A stretch of DNA of 64,000 bases from Tubulanus polymorphus (lineage: Eukaryota; Animalia; Nemertea). The DNA lies in assembly GCF_964204645.1 (NCBI RefSeq), contig NC_134025.1, positions 8,308,001 to 8,372,000 of the forward strand, read 5' to 3'. This document shows, piece by piece, positions 27,701 through 42,700 of this stretch. The notes beneath the pieces were generated by a model. That model searched no databases, was not told the DNA's origin, and saw only the letters and a program-made list of their open reading frames with translations. Position numbers and translations under genes: made by a program. Each line of letters starts with the position of its first letter. The stretch's first letter is position 1.

Positions 27701-30700
27701 TTTATCAAACTTTCAAATGATAACATTAGATCTAGATGTAAATCAAACATTGGATATAATAACCACTTCTGCTAATATAGAAGAAACGCCTGATCAACCA
27801 TCTGATTGCAACTTAACTCCGAAACCTTTTCAAAATAAAGAAAGTGTTACTAGGGAGGATGTAGTATCAGAAGATATTTCTACCTCAAATATTCAACCAA
27901 TAAGGAGAGAATCAGTAACATTCCAAATAATTAATACAGTCATTGGACCAGAATCAGTTGAATCAGTTGAAATCGATTTGACGAATTTACTGCATTCAAG
28001 TTCAAATGACTTAATTGTAGAAGAGGTTGAACCACTTGAACCATTTAGTCTGAGAAAAATGACATCCATAGAAACTGAGCCAGACTCATTTACTGTAATT
28101 GAGCTTACACCCGAGGGGGGAAAACTGACCGACGAGCAGCCTGAATTGGTTGATGATGCACCAGTTAATATTGACACAGTCATTAATGAAAATAAATCAC
28201 TGACACCTAAACCAGTAGCTTCTGATTTAAAACTTGAAAATGAACCAAAGATAAACAATCAACCTGAATCGGTTGAAATCAATCTAGTAGATGACCTACC
28301 AACTCTGCATTTGTTGCATTCAGAAGAGGTCAAACCACTTGAAAGTCAAGTGACAATCATAGACACTGAGCCAGACTCATTTACTGTAATTGAGCTAAAA
28401 CCTGATGAGTTTGAACCATCTGAGCAGCCTGAATTTAAATATAATATTGATTTACCTATCAATGAAAATGAATTGCTGACACCTAAACCCGAATCAGATA
28501 CAGTTGACATAAAAGATAGAGATGTTCATCATACTTTAGATTCTATTACTATTGATTCAATTCATGAAAGTGAACCTGAATCAGCTAGTCCTAGTGAAGT
28601 GACATCCATAGCAACTGAACCAAACTCATTTAATGTAATTGAGCTTAAACCTGCAGAGATCAGACCATCTGAAGAGCAGCCTGAATTACTTCTGTCATCA
28701 GTGGTTGATGAATTAGTTACTTTTGACTTAGTTAAAGCTAAAACTGAATCAGTGGTTGAAAATGAACCAAACATAGATAAACAACCTGAATCAGTTGAAA
28801 TCAATTTTAAGCTGGGAGATGACCTACCAACACAGAAAATGTCGCATTCTGATTCAAATGATTTGATTCTAGAAGAGGTCAAACCACTTGAACCATTTAG
28901 TCCAAGTAAAGTGACATCCATAGAAACTGAGCCAGACTTATTTACTGTAATTGAGCTTAAACAAGATGATTATGAACCATCTGAAGAGCAGCCTGAATCA
29001 CTTCTGTCTTCAGTTGTTGATGAATTAGTTACTTTTGACTTAGTTAAAGCTAAAACTGAATCAGTGGTTGAAAATGAACCAAACATAGATGAACAACCTG
29101 AATCAGTTGAAATCAATTTTATGCTGGGGAATGACCTACCAACACAGAAAATGTCGCATTCTGATTCAAATGATTTGATTCTGGAAGAGGTCAAACCACT
29201 TGAACCATTTAGTCCAAGTAAAGTTACATCCATAGAAACTGAGCCAGACTCATTTACTGTAATTGAGCTTAAACAAGATGATTATAAACCATCTGTAGAG
29301 CAGCCTGAATCACTTCTGTCTTCAGTTGTTGATGAATTAGTTACTTTTGACTTAGTTATCGATGAAGAAAAATCACAGAAAGCTAAACCTGAATCAGTTA
29401 CAGTTGACCTAATTGATACAGTAGCTATTGATTTAAAACATGAAAATGAGCCTAAAATTGAAGAACTAGATGAACCAATTGAAATCGATTTGAAGCTTGC
29501 CATTGGCCATCCGATACAGAATTTGCTACATTCAGATTCTAATGATTTAATTCTAGAAGAGATTAAACCGTTTGAACCATTTAATCCGAGTAAGGTTACA
29601 TCCATAGAAACTGAGCCGGAATCATTTACTGTAATTGAGCTAAAACCTACGGGGGTCAAACCAACTGAAGAGCAGCCTGAATCGGGTCTGTCATCAGTTG
29701 ATGATGCATCAGTTATCATTGACTTAGTCATGAATGAAGAAAAGTCACTGAAAGCTAAACCTGAATCAGCAGTAGCTATTGATTTAAAACCTGAAAATGA
29801 ACCAAAAGTAGACGAACAACTTGAATCAGTTGAAATCAATTTGAAGCTAATAGATGACCTACCGACAATGAATTTGTTGCATTCAGAATCAATTGATTTT
29901 ATTCCAGAAGAGGTCAAACCACTTGAACCATTTAGTCTGAGTAAAGTGACATCCATAGAAACTGAGCCAGACTCATTTACTGTAATTAAGGTCAAACCAG
30001 ATGAGTTTGAACTGTCTGAACAGCAGCCTGAATCAGGTCAGTCTTCAGTTGATGATGCACCAGTTATGATTGACATAGTCATGGAGGAAGAAAAATCACT
30101 GAAAGCCAAATCTGAATCAGTAGCTATTGATTTAAAACCTGAAAATGAACCAAAATTAGACGAACAACTTGAATCAGTTGAAATAAGTTTGAAGCTAGTA
30201 GACGATGTACCCACACTGAATTTGTTGCACTCAGATTCGTTTGATTTAATTCTAGAAGAGGTCATACCCCTTGAACGAATTAGTCTGAGTAACGTGACAT
30301 CCATAGAAACCGAGCCAGACTCATTTACTGTACTTGAGCTTAAACCTGTAGCATTTGAACCATCTGAAGAGCAGCCTGAATTGGATTTGACTGTTATTGA
30401 CATTGAATCAGTTACTAATGATTTAGTTATAAATGCAGAGAAATTACTGACACCTAAACCTGAATCAGTTACAGTTAACCTAAAAGATAAAATGATTCGT
30501 CATACTATAGATTCAGTTACTAATGATTTGAAACCTGAAAATGAACTAAAACTAGAACAACCGGAATTATTTGAAATACATTTGGAATTGAGAGAAGAGC
30601 ACCAACCAACAAAAAATTTACTGCATTCCGATTCAATTGATTTCATTCTGGAAGAGAGAAAACCACTTGGACCATTGAGCCCAAGTCAAGTGACATCCAT

Positions 30701-33700
30701 AGAAATTGAGCCAGACTCATTTACTGTAATGGAGCTTAAACCTGATGAGTCTGAAGAGCAGCCTGAATTGGATTTGACTGTTATTGATGATGAATCAGTT
30801 ACTATTGACTTAGTTATCGATGAAGACAAATTACTGACACCTAAACCTGAATCAGTAGCGGAAAATGAACAAAAGATAAACGAACAACCTGAATCAGTTG
30901 AAGTCAATTTGAAGCTAGTAGATGATCTGAATTTGTTGCATTCAGATTCAACTGATTTAATTCTAGAAGAGGTCAAACCACTTGAAGCATATAGTCCAAG
31001 TAAGGTCACACCCAAAGAAAGTGAGCCAGACTCATTTACTATAATTGACCTTAAACCTGATGATTTGATACCAAATGAAGTCATACCTGATTTAGAGCTA
31101 GAAGATGTTGATGTATCATTTGCTTTTGATTTGGCTAGAAATGAAGAAAAATCAGATATACCTCAACCCGAAACAAGTGGTAGTGAAATACAAATAGTTA
31201 AGAACAAGCAAATAGCTGATGATGAAACAGATCAAACCAGGCAACCCAAGGATATACCTATTGAGGCACCAGATGATCTCACACCTATTCATGGAGAGCC
31301 ATTAGATAGTTTTGAGATACTTAATCCCCTTGCCAAAAAACCTATAGATTCATTTGTCCTTGTGAACTCGACGGATCAGTTGTTAGGAGATATGGATATT
31401 GCTGATGGATTGATAGTAACAGAAGAAATCGAACTTCTACCATTCAAAGGTATTAGGTGGCATGATGCTCTGTGCATCAAAATGTTGCATAATGATGCAT
31501 CTATTGTATTCATTTAGGCATGGTTGTCCCATGTATCATCATCATGATATTTTCAGTTCTTCATTTTCAAATCTCTGTTATATAGAGATTTTCTTTATTT
31601 GAAGGACCATTGCATGTCGCCTGCGCGTGCGTTTAGCGCGAATACTGCATTTACATTCATTTTCAGAAATGAACAGAATAATAATTTTTTTCTTATAGGT
31701 ACTTGGTTAGAAATAAGTTTTTCTTGATGAGCAAACAGTTGTACAACCCATACAAATTCAATGAAAGTTAATTCAACATGGAATAAATGCTGAATTTCTA
31801 GCGTGATGATAAACTTCTTGACAGATTCCATTTAGCTATTTTAAAAGTTGGGTTATTAAGGCATGGGAGCATGCTGATAGCGCGATATGTTAGAAGAAGT
31901 AGTTATTATAGCAATTTTTTTAAGTGTAAAGTTTTTAGTCTATTATTTTCAGTACCTGGAGTAGCATTTTATTAGTCTACATCTATACATGGACATATCC
32001 TGACACTAGTGTATACGTCCATGATCACTACCATGTTTATCTTTGATACCTTGAGTATATGCATATTGATGATCATAGTCTGGATTAGTTCCTCTAGACA
32101 GCATCCTTATAGAAAGAATTATGTATGATTCACTTGCATGGATATGAAAATCACAGTTATTGTTAATACCAGATGTCAAGAAGTCACATGTTTCATGGGT
32201 TCATCTTATCATGGGTTGCATTGATTATAGGCCAATGGTCTAGAAGGCTCAATTCCAAGCTTTTGGACTGAAAATATGTCCAACTTGAGTGATATCCAAG
32301 TTGGATGGAATATTAAGTTATATAGGGTGAGAAAGGTATTTCAACCATCATCCAACTGAAACAGTTAACCAAGTTAATCTGCCTGATGTAAAGTTGCTTT
32401 AAATGCATAATTTAGAGTACAAATTGATCTACTTTATTTCACTGAATTTTATGAAATTTATAATGAATTGATGAGTCTCTTTTTCAGATACGTATTGCTT
32501 ACTGATGTTTGACAATAGATATAACTAATATAAAAATGAAATGCGCAAGCGAAATAGCAATCACTGATGCAAACAATGCTGCATGTCACATTGCGATATC
32601 AATGCTCTTTATTCTAATAAGCACTTATATCCTTTCAATTTCGATCTGTTTGTGGAGTGTCATAATTCTCGTAACAACTTTTAGAAAAACCCAAAGAAGT
32701 CGTAGAAGAGACTGTAGAAGTATCTCTTAAACCCACTGAGGAAACCCCAGTTCAACAAGTGGAAGCTGAGATTACCTTGACACCAGCTCCTGAAAAGAAA
32801 CCTGAAGAACAACCACCAGAGGAAATATCAATCACAGCTGATCTAGTGACATCTGATTTTACTAGTCCAGCTCAGACTGCTCGTAAGTGACAGTTATTGA
32901 AGAGAAACTGATAATGTATATATACACGCACTTAACTTTGGTGATGGATCTTACCTAATAGCTATATTTTATACTTCCTTTTTAGGAGAACTGATCATTT
33001 TTCTTTCAAGCTTTTAATTGAAAGTTTTCATGTACATATCGTTTAGCTGAAGAGGTTGGTGCTGAATTGACTGTTCCATTATTCACAAAACCTTTGGAAG
33101 AGACCACACCAGTTCATGATGGAGACGAGGTTACACTTGAGTGTGTCGTTGAAGGAAAACCAAAACCTAAGGTTAGCTGGTATCATGAAAAAGAAAAGAT
33201 TCAGCCGTCAACTGATTTTGTGATTGACTATGATGACAATAACCTAGCAACATTGACGATAAAGGAAGTTTATCCTGATGATGCTGGAATCTATACAGCT
33301 GAGGCTGTTAATGAAGCAGGCACAACCAAGTCCACTACTGAACTGATTGTTGAAGGAGGTTAGTTAATATATATTATATATATATAAGATATTTTCACCC
33401 GCAGGTATCTAGTTTCAAAGCATTTTCATCACATAACATTTCTATCTTATTCATTTATAAAGCTATATCTGATGAAGAAGGTATTGCTCCATCCTTCATT
33501 GTCAAACCAAAGTTCCAGACAGCTGATGAGGGATCCACTTGTACATTTGAATGTAAACTTATTGCATCTCCCGAGCCTCATATTACATGGAGTAAAGATG
33601 GTGTGAATGTCACTGGCATTGATTCCAGTCGCATGTCAGTGGATGTAACTGCTGATGTTCACATGTATATTGTGAGATTTACTATAGAAAATGTCAGACC

Positions 33701-36700
33701 AGAGGATGAGGGTCCTTACAGAATAACAGTATCAAATACTGAAGGTGATGTGAGCACTTCAGCGTCGCTTACAGTCAATGGTATGTATTTTTGTCTGATA
33801 TTGATAGTGATAGAAAATTAATTGAATCTATTTACACCTTTCTCTTAAAACATAAGTTTCAGAAGATGTTGACCAAAGAAAGACTCTCACCAAGAAAGTG
33901 TAAGTTACATGCGTATCATTTTTATGAACTTTTGATGTGGTTATGATTTTTTAAATGTTCCTTCATTTTAAATTGTTCATATTTGGTTGTAACAGTTTTG
34001 CTACTAATTTATGCTGATTTCTATGTTAATGAAAGCATGATTGAATGAAATATCACATTTAAAACCTAACTACTAAGTTGAATCACCACTAACCGCTAAG
34101 CAGACTTTCATCTAACTTCAAAGAATAAGATTAATTTCGGTTTTGCTTTTTCATCCTCAAATTCATTGAATTAATTCAAATTTTGATAAATGAAAGTATG
34201 CATGTCTGTGATTATTGATTCGATTTAAGATTTATATCCAATGCTTTTTAGCTCAGATATATGCCACAAAGAAAAATTGTTTTGCCTGGTTGATAGTACA
34301 ATTTTTTAAACTTTCTTGCTTTTACAGTAGCCAATTCAACAAAAGTCAGCATGAATTATTAGTCTGCGGAGTACTGGAGCAATATCCCTTGCCACCAGTG
34401 CTTGTACAACCTGAGTTCCTTCCACCAGTAATAGTGCAACCCATTATGTGTAATTATGTTGATTGCATGGTTAATTCTCATTTCCCTGCATGCAGAAAAA
34501 CTCGTGTTGGTGTGCAGCATGGTCTTAACCAGATGGACTTCAGGCATATGCTTAAACCATGCAATGACCGATATCAATTTTATTCTATTCAGTAAGTTAG
34601 ATTGCATGCCATATAAAATGTGTTTCCTATGGTGATTGTATTACTGGATCTTTTTTTATGAATGATATATGTTTGATTGTATTTTTGAATGTCATTATCA
34701 CCTGTTTTTACAGGGAAGAGGAAGCCACCCTTACCATTAAAGGAGAATCCCCTGTATTTGTACAGAAACTGACTGACACATCAGTGATAATTGGAAAAAC
34801 AATAACTTTGACATGCAAGGTGAAAGGCAGTCCTAAACCAACTATAACTATCTTGAAAGATGACCAAGAAGTATCAGGACCACATTATAAGTAATTATCC
34901 CATCAACTTTGAAAGAAATATGCGGGCATTTTTATTTTGAATTAGCATTTATGCATATCTGTACTCTGTATGAAATTTTCTTTAAATTTTCAGAATTGAT
35001 TTTACTGATGATGGCATTGTCCAATTGACAATTGATAATTGTACCGGGGATGATGAGGGTGATTATATGATCAAGGCTACAAATGACAAAGGCACAGCTG
35101 AAACAACCTGTGAACTTTTAGTTAACGAACCACCGAAGTTCACTAAGGAATTATGTGACATAACTGTCCTACTTAAAGATACAGGCATTTTCGAATGCAC
35201 ATTATCAGGTGTACCTGAGCCAACTGTAACCTGGTATGTTTCTGGTATAGAAATCAAGGAGACTGAAAAATATCATATCATACATAAGGATGAACTCTGT
35301 TCGTTGGAAATACATGATGTCACACCCGAAGACGGTGATATTGAGTACACCTGTAAGGCAGTCAATACTGCTGGTGAAACGTCAACTACAGCAAAGCTAA
35401 TTACCAAAGGTGTGTTCTAAAATGCTTTTAATTTGGTCAATAAATGCTCTTGAAAGCTTTCTGGAATTTTGACAAATTTGACAAGAACACGTGCACGAAT
35501 TGAGACATGTATTTTTTACAGAGCATCAAATAATCTATTGTTTAGAATGAAAAAATATGTTTAGATGTGCAATTGATCTACACCCGTATATGCATGTGTT
35601 ATACCTTATATTTCTTCCAATCCAGAATAGAAAATATGCAGTGCTTAAGTTCTTCTCAAACAATCATAACCAATTATGATGGTGTTTTTTGCTTCATGGA
35701 AACTTCATGCATTGTTATAATTCTACTTCATAGCTATTCACTATGTGTACCCCTAATTGAAATATAATATTCTCCGTATAGAAAGCTCATCGATTCTTCA
35801 ATCTTGAATAGACAAATCTGGACTGGTCTCTTATATGGTTTAATGCAATCTTTGTAGAATTCGAAGCTTGTCCAATTAATGCTGTGAAGTAAAAAATGGC
35901 AATCTTTCACTGTTGGACGAAAATTCCGTCCATTTACAATCATCCTCATACTATATGATTAGTCCAGTTTTGTAAGCACTATATGTTATGCTGCCTGCTG
36001 TTGCTTAGATCCTTGCATGTTATTATTTATACTGTTCTGACTGTTCTACAAATCAGTTATTCAAAGAAAATGTTTAGTTTATTTGTGCATGCATTGCATT
36101 CTTTTTATTGCGGTTTCTTGGTGACTTTTTTGCGTGAGTACACCAAATGACTAACTGCCAATTATATTATATTCTGGACGTTATATGTTGTTATTTAGTT
36201 ATGTTTGATGAGATCATAGTATCCAGAATCCTTATTTAAGATCAATTTCTGTAATATAAGAAATTTGAGTAAATAGATAGTGTAAATGATAAGTTAACCA
36301 AGCTTCATATCATTTTTAATCTCATGTTCAAAGCTGCCATACTAATTACTTCGCTAATAATCTTGAATTTGAAAGAAGTTTGAGTATTCATAACCAAAGG
36401 TCAACACCTGTACCCTCAACAAAGTGCCATAAAAAAGCCTCTGGAAAGGTTTCATGATATTTATCAAATAATATATTTGATTCTATGATTTGAACAATGC
36501 AGTTCAACTCATTCATAGCATATCAATCTTGAATAATGGACTGGCATATCGGCAGAGATTTATGTATCAAATGTGTCATTTTTCTCTAACCGAAAAATAC
36601 ATGAATTAGTACTTAATGTACTGTTTAATTATAGATTTAATTGCGTGGTTTTCTCAAATCTAAATAATCAAAATTATATATAGCATAATTTGTAAAACAA

Positions 36701-39700
36701 TATATATATATATATTGAATGGTTAGGAAATATTTAGTTTATACCCTCCTTGGTACTTACTTCTTACTTACAGCATGGAAATGTGATTTACATTATTTGT
36801 TTTACTTTTTTTGTAAAATGAAATTCGACGCAGCAAATAAAAAAGTGAAAGTCAATTTTACCGAATTTCTTTTTGTTTATTTGTTTTGAGGTAGGATGCG
36901 TGCACGAATAACTTAATTCTTCTACTGTCCAATATCTGAATCCCAACCAATTTTCTGTTCCACCAATCTCCTATCATTAAATATTTCTGAATTTCCCTTA
37001 CCTCTCGCTATCAATATTCTGTGTGATTCTTGAATATGCAATTTACCCTTCGTTTATATCTGGTGGCCGATGAGTCATTATGAAAATTCTCCCACAATTG
37101 CATGTCAGGAATTTTAGGTAATGGTCCCATCAGCCACCATGCAGATTGATTCTACTACTCTACTGTACCGGTTAGTTGTTTAATTCATTAGGCCCAGTTT
37201 AATATATTGGGATCGAGTTAATCGTTTATCATTGGGTAAGAACTTAACCGTACCAAGAGTGATAACAATGGTAACCATAATCCATTGAAATGTCCAAATT
37301 CAATTTCCTTTAATTGCAGTCTACAACCAGCGCGGAACTAGTTGCTAAAGGCCACTGGAAATTTAAAAGTCCCCACCCTCTTTATTGCATGTGTGATTGA
37401 CTAAAGTGAAGGGACTCAAAATCGAAGAGTCCATGACATATTGTATGATACTAATATTCACCCTGACCGCATTTATGACTAACTCACTAACAATCCTTGT
37501 GTGTGTTTGTTCGTTCTTTTAACCATCTCCCATTATTATAAAGGCTCGATTGCAATAATAATCTTGTGTGAATACCAAATCTTAACTGGAATCGTATGAA
37601 ATATATATCCATTAGGTCTAATGAATTCATACTTGACATGTAAACTTTAAATGAATATTCATCGTTCATGTACCAATCTTAGTTGTCCCCTGTTTCCAGC
37701 TGCACCTAAGATTACTGGACCGGAACAGGTGATTGTTCCCAAAGGCCAAACTATCACTATCGAATGTACGTACACTGGCCATCCGGCACCCACTGTGTCC
37801 TGGACTAAGGCTGGCAAGAAAGTTGTTCCAATGCCAAGAAAAATCAACATTAACAAAGAACCTGGAAAGTGTACATTGGTCATTCTCAATGCAAGTCCTC
37901 AGGATGTTGCTGATTATATCATAACCGTCACAAATGAATATGGAAAAGACAGTTTAACGATCAAAGTCGGTAGGTTTTCTTCACAGTCCTATTTGCGTTG
38001 GTTACAGTCCATTAAGTATGATAATTGCTGTGATGGTGCAATACGAAAACAATCATAATTGAAGTTCCTGAGAACCATGTAAAAAACGTTTTCTCAGTGT
38101 TGTTTGGTTATAGATTTTATGATGATCAATTCATTTTCAAGGTTAATCCACTTGTATTATATATGTTTATCAAACTATCATAGTTACAATGAACTATGAG
38201 TTGAGAGCTGAAAATGAGATTTGAGGGTTTCCACCTAGATACATATTTTTCTGTTATATTCTAAAGAAAAATCTTATTTCCACTTGCCACTTTAACCAAT
38301 AAATATTCCTGTATCATATAAAGATATGTTGTGGATTTTTGTTCAAAATCCTTCGAGGAATGTTTGATCCATTCCTTCGTCAAGTGTACTTGAAAAGAGT
38401 CCTTAAAAACTTTGACATGTGGCCCCGATATCAATAGCTTGTGTAAATTTACTTCTGGCACTAAGGAATTGCAATAACGTATCCTATCTATCGAGCTGGT
38501 GGGCGATAATCTAAAACCAATAAAAAATCTTTTATGAAAAAAACTTACTTTTTCAAGCAAGGGATTAATTAATTGGACTTGATTACTATGTATATTTCAG
38601 ATAAAGGCCTTTATGTAGAATAATCATAAATAGTTTTCTGAGAATAATATAATGTACCAAAATATTTTAGTGAATATTGATTGATTAGGTATTTACTGGC
38701 CTGATTACCTATGAAATATTATCAGTCGGAAATCGTTGTACTGATAAGCCGTGTACATGGTCGCTTGCCTTCATTCACTATGATCTGGCTGTGACTGTTG
38801 TATTGTCATACACAAGCTGGCTCGCAGTCATAGCAGTAGGCGGGATTGAAGGTCCTTGTGTGTATATTTGATATAACTTTCATACCTGGATATTGGAATC
38901 GAAAATGACATTTGTGGATAGATTCTTTCGCATTTAGGATTGAATTAGTAATGATTTAATCAGACTTTTTCGACACTTCTGCCAGCGAGTTGATTCACTG
39001 GTGGTGTGAAGATAATTTCGCTTTCGATAAAACTCTTCTACTAATTTTATTAGTAGATAAGACGATAAGAATTTTCGCTGCTAGCATTTATCGTCTTTAA
39101 GACTCAAAAGGTGATAGAAATGAGAACATTCAAGAGTTTAGTTCTGGTTCAGATTCGGACTAATACAAAATTAGACCATCTGTCCTTATTTCTATGTCCA
39201 CACGGGAAAGATGACTGGGAAACATCTGGTAAGTTGTATATATAAGATAGCACTTCATTATGAAAATCTTTGAGGCAAATTTAAAACACACAATATACAG
39301 GTATTGTTCTAAGACTTGTATCTTCAAGGGGACAGGCAAGTTACTCTAATACCTTAATGACTATTAACACTAAAATTAACAATTAACTCAAAAAGGGAAT
39401 TATATTACTGGTAACATATATACATGTGTTTTGTATGAAACATCTGAGTTTACTGAAGTTATTTAAGTTCAAATTAAGTAATGCGGCAATAGTAGAATTG
39501 AAGGCAGTGTGTGAAACTGGTGTATATAATCATATATTATCAGTGAGCTGATGTTTAGTATAAAGTTAATGTTTATTTACTCCGCATGAGTGTTATTGGA
39601 CTGACCTAAGGACATTCTTGAACCGTCCTGTTATGTAAATATATACATGAGGAGTATTTGCTTTACCTAAAGGTGACAGATATATATGTTATATTTAAAC

Positions 39701-42700
39701 CGACCACCAATCTAGTCATTCTTTCTGATAATTCGTTCCTGTTTCTTAAAATGAAATATATATAGATAGATAATCAAAGGTACAAGTAATTTTACATATC
39801 ATTATGCATAATGTCAAATCGATGATTGAGCAATGATTTCTACTAGTTATGTCTAAAGGCATTTTATATTCATCTCAATTATTTGTAGGATCATTGAATT
39901 AAGAGGTGAAATATATTTTCTATAGCTGTCATTTAATTTTGAATCTCAACAAGCAAATTAATTATATTCAGTTTCAATGAATTCTACATGTCAATACTTA
40001 ATCAGTACAGGTACTGCGTACTTTCTATGTCAACAGGTTGGAATTTCTGCCAAAAGTATCTAGGTGCGCCCTCTTCGAAACATACCACACTTATTCAAGT
40101 ATTGTTGACACTGATTATCTAAGGGTTGTGAGGTTTTTATATGCTTCCTGCAAACACGTAACTTGATATTTAAAAAGTTCCTTCACACAGTGAGAGGTCT
40201 ATGAGTCTCATCGGAATTTAGCCCCCTATCTAATTTAACACAAAATTACCAAATTATCATACTCAAAATTGGTTTTATGACTAGAATGCAGATATAGTCA
40301 ATAGAAGTAATTATATTATATCTTTCTTGTTTTGTGTGTTCATAGTGTTAAGAATGGTTGTCCGAAATACTCTTGTTCAATTGAATTAACCCCATTACAG
40401 GTCTCGAAAAACCACCGGAGGAATTGAAAAAGGATGAACCGAAAAAGGATGAACCGAAAAAGGATGAACCCACAGAAGAAAAGGTTGTCTTGAAAACGCC
40501 TACAGGCAAGGCCCCTGAATTTGTCCTTAAAATCAAAACGAAAAATGTCCAGGAGGGTGAAAATGCTGATTTTAATTGTGAAGTTGTTGGTGAGCCAAAG
40601 CCATCCATTAATTGGCAGTACAATGGTAAAAGTCTCAAGGAGGGTGGACATTATACAATGCAAGAAGAAAATAACCTTCATAAGCTTGAGATTTATGACA
40701 TTGTGCCGACAGATGCAGGCAAATACAGCGCTGTGGCCAAAAATGATCACGGAAAAGCAATATGTTCAGCTGACTTGAAAGTTAAAGGTATGTTAATTGA
40801 ATTATGAACAACACATACGTCGTATTTTGCTATTGAAAAATATCCAGTTTTGTCAATATAAGAATCTAATTTGTGACATCAAATTGAATGGGTGACAGGG
40901 GCTCTTTGAGTTCGAAAACCAAATATTTCTTGTTTCACATGCTACGCAGTTGAAGCGTTTGAAATCTGCTGCTTGAGTTACTGGAATTAATGGGAATTGT
41001 CAAATTATGAATTTTTTAGAGCATGTTGATTGCATGAGCATGTCGCATGTTTTGTTTTTTTCTAGAATTGAAACCATCCCCACCACATTTTGTTTTGGAT
41101 ATACAAACAACCGAGTGCAATGTTGGCGATTCGGCTCGACTTTTTGGACGTGTCGTGGGTTCGCCTAGGCCTAAGCTGCTATGGTATAAAGACGGATCTG
41201 AAATAAATCGCAGAGACAATCGTTTCATCATTGAGTATGGAAATGATGAAGAGTGTTCATTGGTGATCGTAGAAATAATCAGCGAAGATGAAGCACTGTA
41301 CACTTGCGAGGCCACCAACGAGTTGGGAGTTGCGACATCAGAAGCTGGCCTGCATGTTGCCCCTGGTAATAATAATTTTATTTAAAATAATCCAAATACA
41401 TTATATGTACTGCCTATGATTGCTGGACGTATGTTTATGTGGCTATTTCATAAGCATATACCCTATCACTCGGCTTGATTATTCCTTAAAATTCTCACGC
41501 AAGATTTTTACATTACATATAACTAACCGTCGAATGGCTTCGTTTTGATTTTAATTGATGTGATCATGGGATTATTTTAATTGCTGTGTTTCGAATGTAT
41601 GTTTGACTCTTTGTACATCGTTCTGTACATAAAATGCATTAATAGAGGCACTATATAGTTAGCTGACTGCACATTTTGTAGAATATTGGTAAGATGTATA
41701 TTTTAGACCACTTACATATGACAGATTCCTGATGTATGCTTGAACAAATCTTTGGTATTTTCAACTCGAGAGCCCACTGGCGGACGGGGGGGGGGGGGGG
41801 TTACAATGTGATGTTGGTTTTGTGCTTGTAATATATTTATGGTTGTCGTGTTCGCAGCCAAACCCAAACCCAAGATGGAACCACCGAAGATCGTGAAAAA
41901 ACCCACCAAAGAGGTAGTCAATGAAGGTGACCGTACTCAGTTCTTGTGTCGAGTCACAGGCTCACCCCGACCGACTGTCACTTGGACCAAACGTGGCAAA
42001 AAATTGACCGATGAGAAACTCTATCATATTGAAGATTATGAAGAGACATATGTGTTTGAGATCATCAATTCTAAAATATCAGACTCTGATGTTTACCTAT
42101 GCAAGGCAAAGAATGAGGCTGGAGAAGACAAATGTAGTATTAAATTAGATGTGAAACGTAAGTCAGTGCTTAGACTGCAGTGTGATGATGCTTTGAAATC
42201 TTCTGACAAATATCATAATGATTTCCAAACGGATTATCATTATCATTCTGTGCTTAGCAGCGTTCTTTTCCAGCAGCAATGTGCGTGTTTGTGCGAACCG
42301 TCATATCAGTGATCATTTGATAGTAATAAAGGATTTATCACAATTTCTTTATTTCTCAGCTGTGAAGAAGGAACCACCAAAGTCACCTCAGATTCTTCGA
42401 CATAAAGAGGAAACACAGCCTCCAAAGTTTACTGAAACTTTAAAGGACACGGTATATACACATTATTGAAATGTGGAATAGTACTGGGTGCATTTTTGCA
42501 TTATTGAAAATGACATTTATTTTTCATATTACAGACTCTGAAAGAAGGGTCAGGTCTGACGCTGAAAGCTAAAGTCACCGGGGTACCTAGACCAGATGTG
42601 GAATGGATGAAGTAAATATTAATATATATCTATACATATCACCTCCAATTTTCTCAGAAATCTTTCATTTTCGTAACTTACTGAACTGTCTTCAGTAATT

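Noticed and set aside
41786-41800. G15 homopolymer in intron
   Set aside because: Isolated simple repeat with no other supporting structure.
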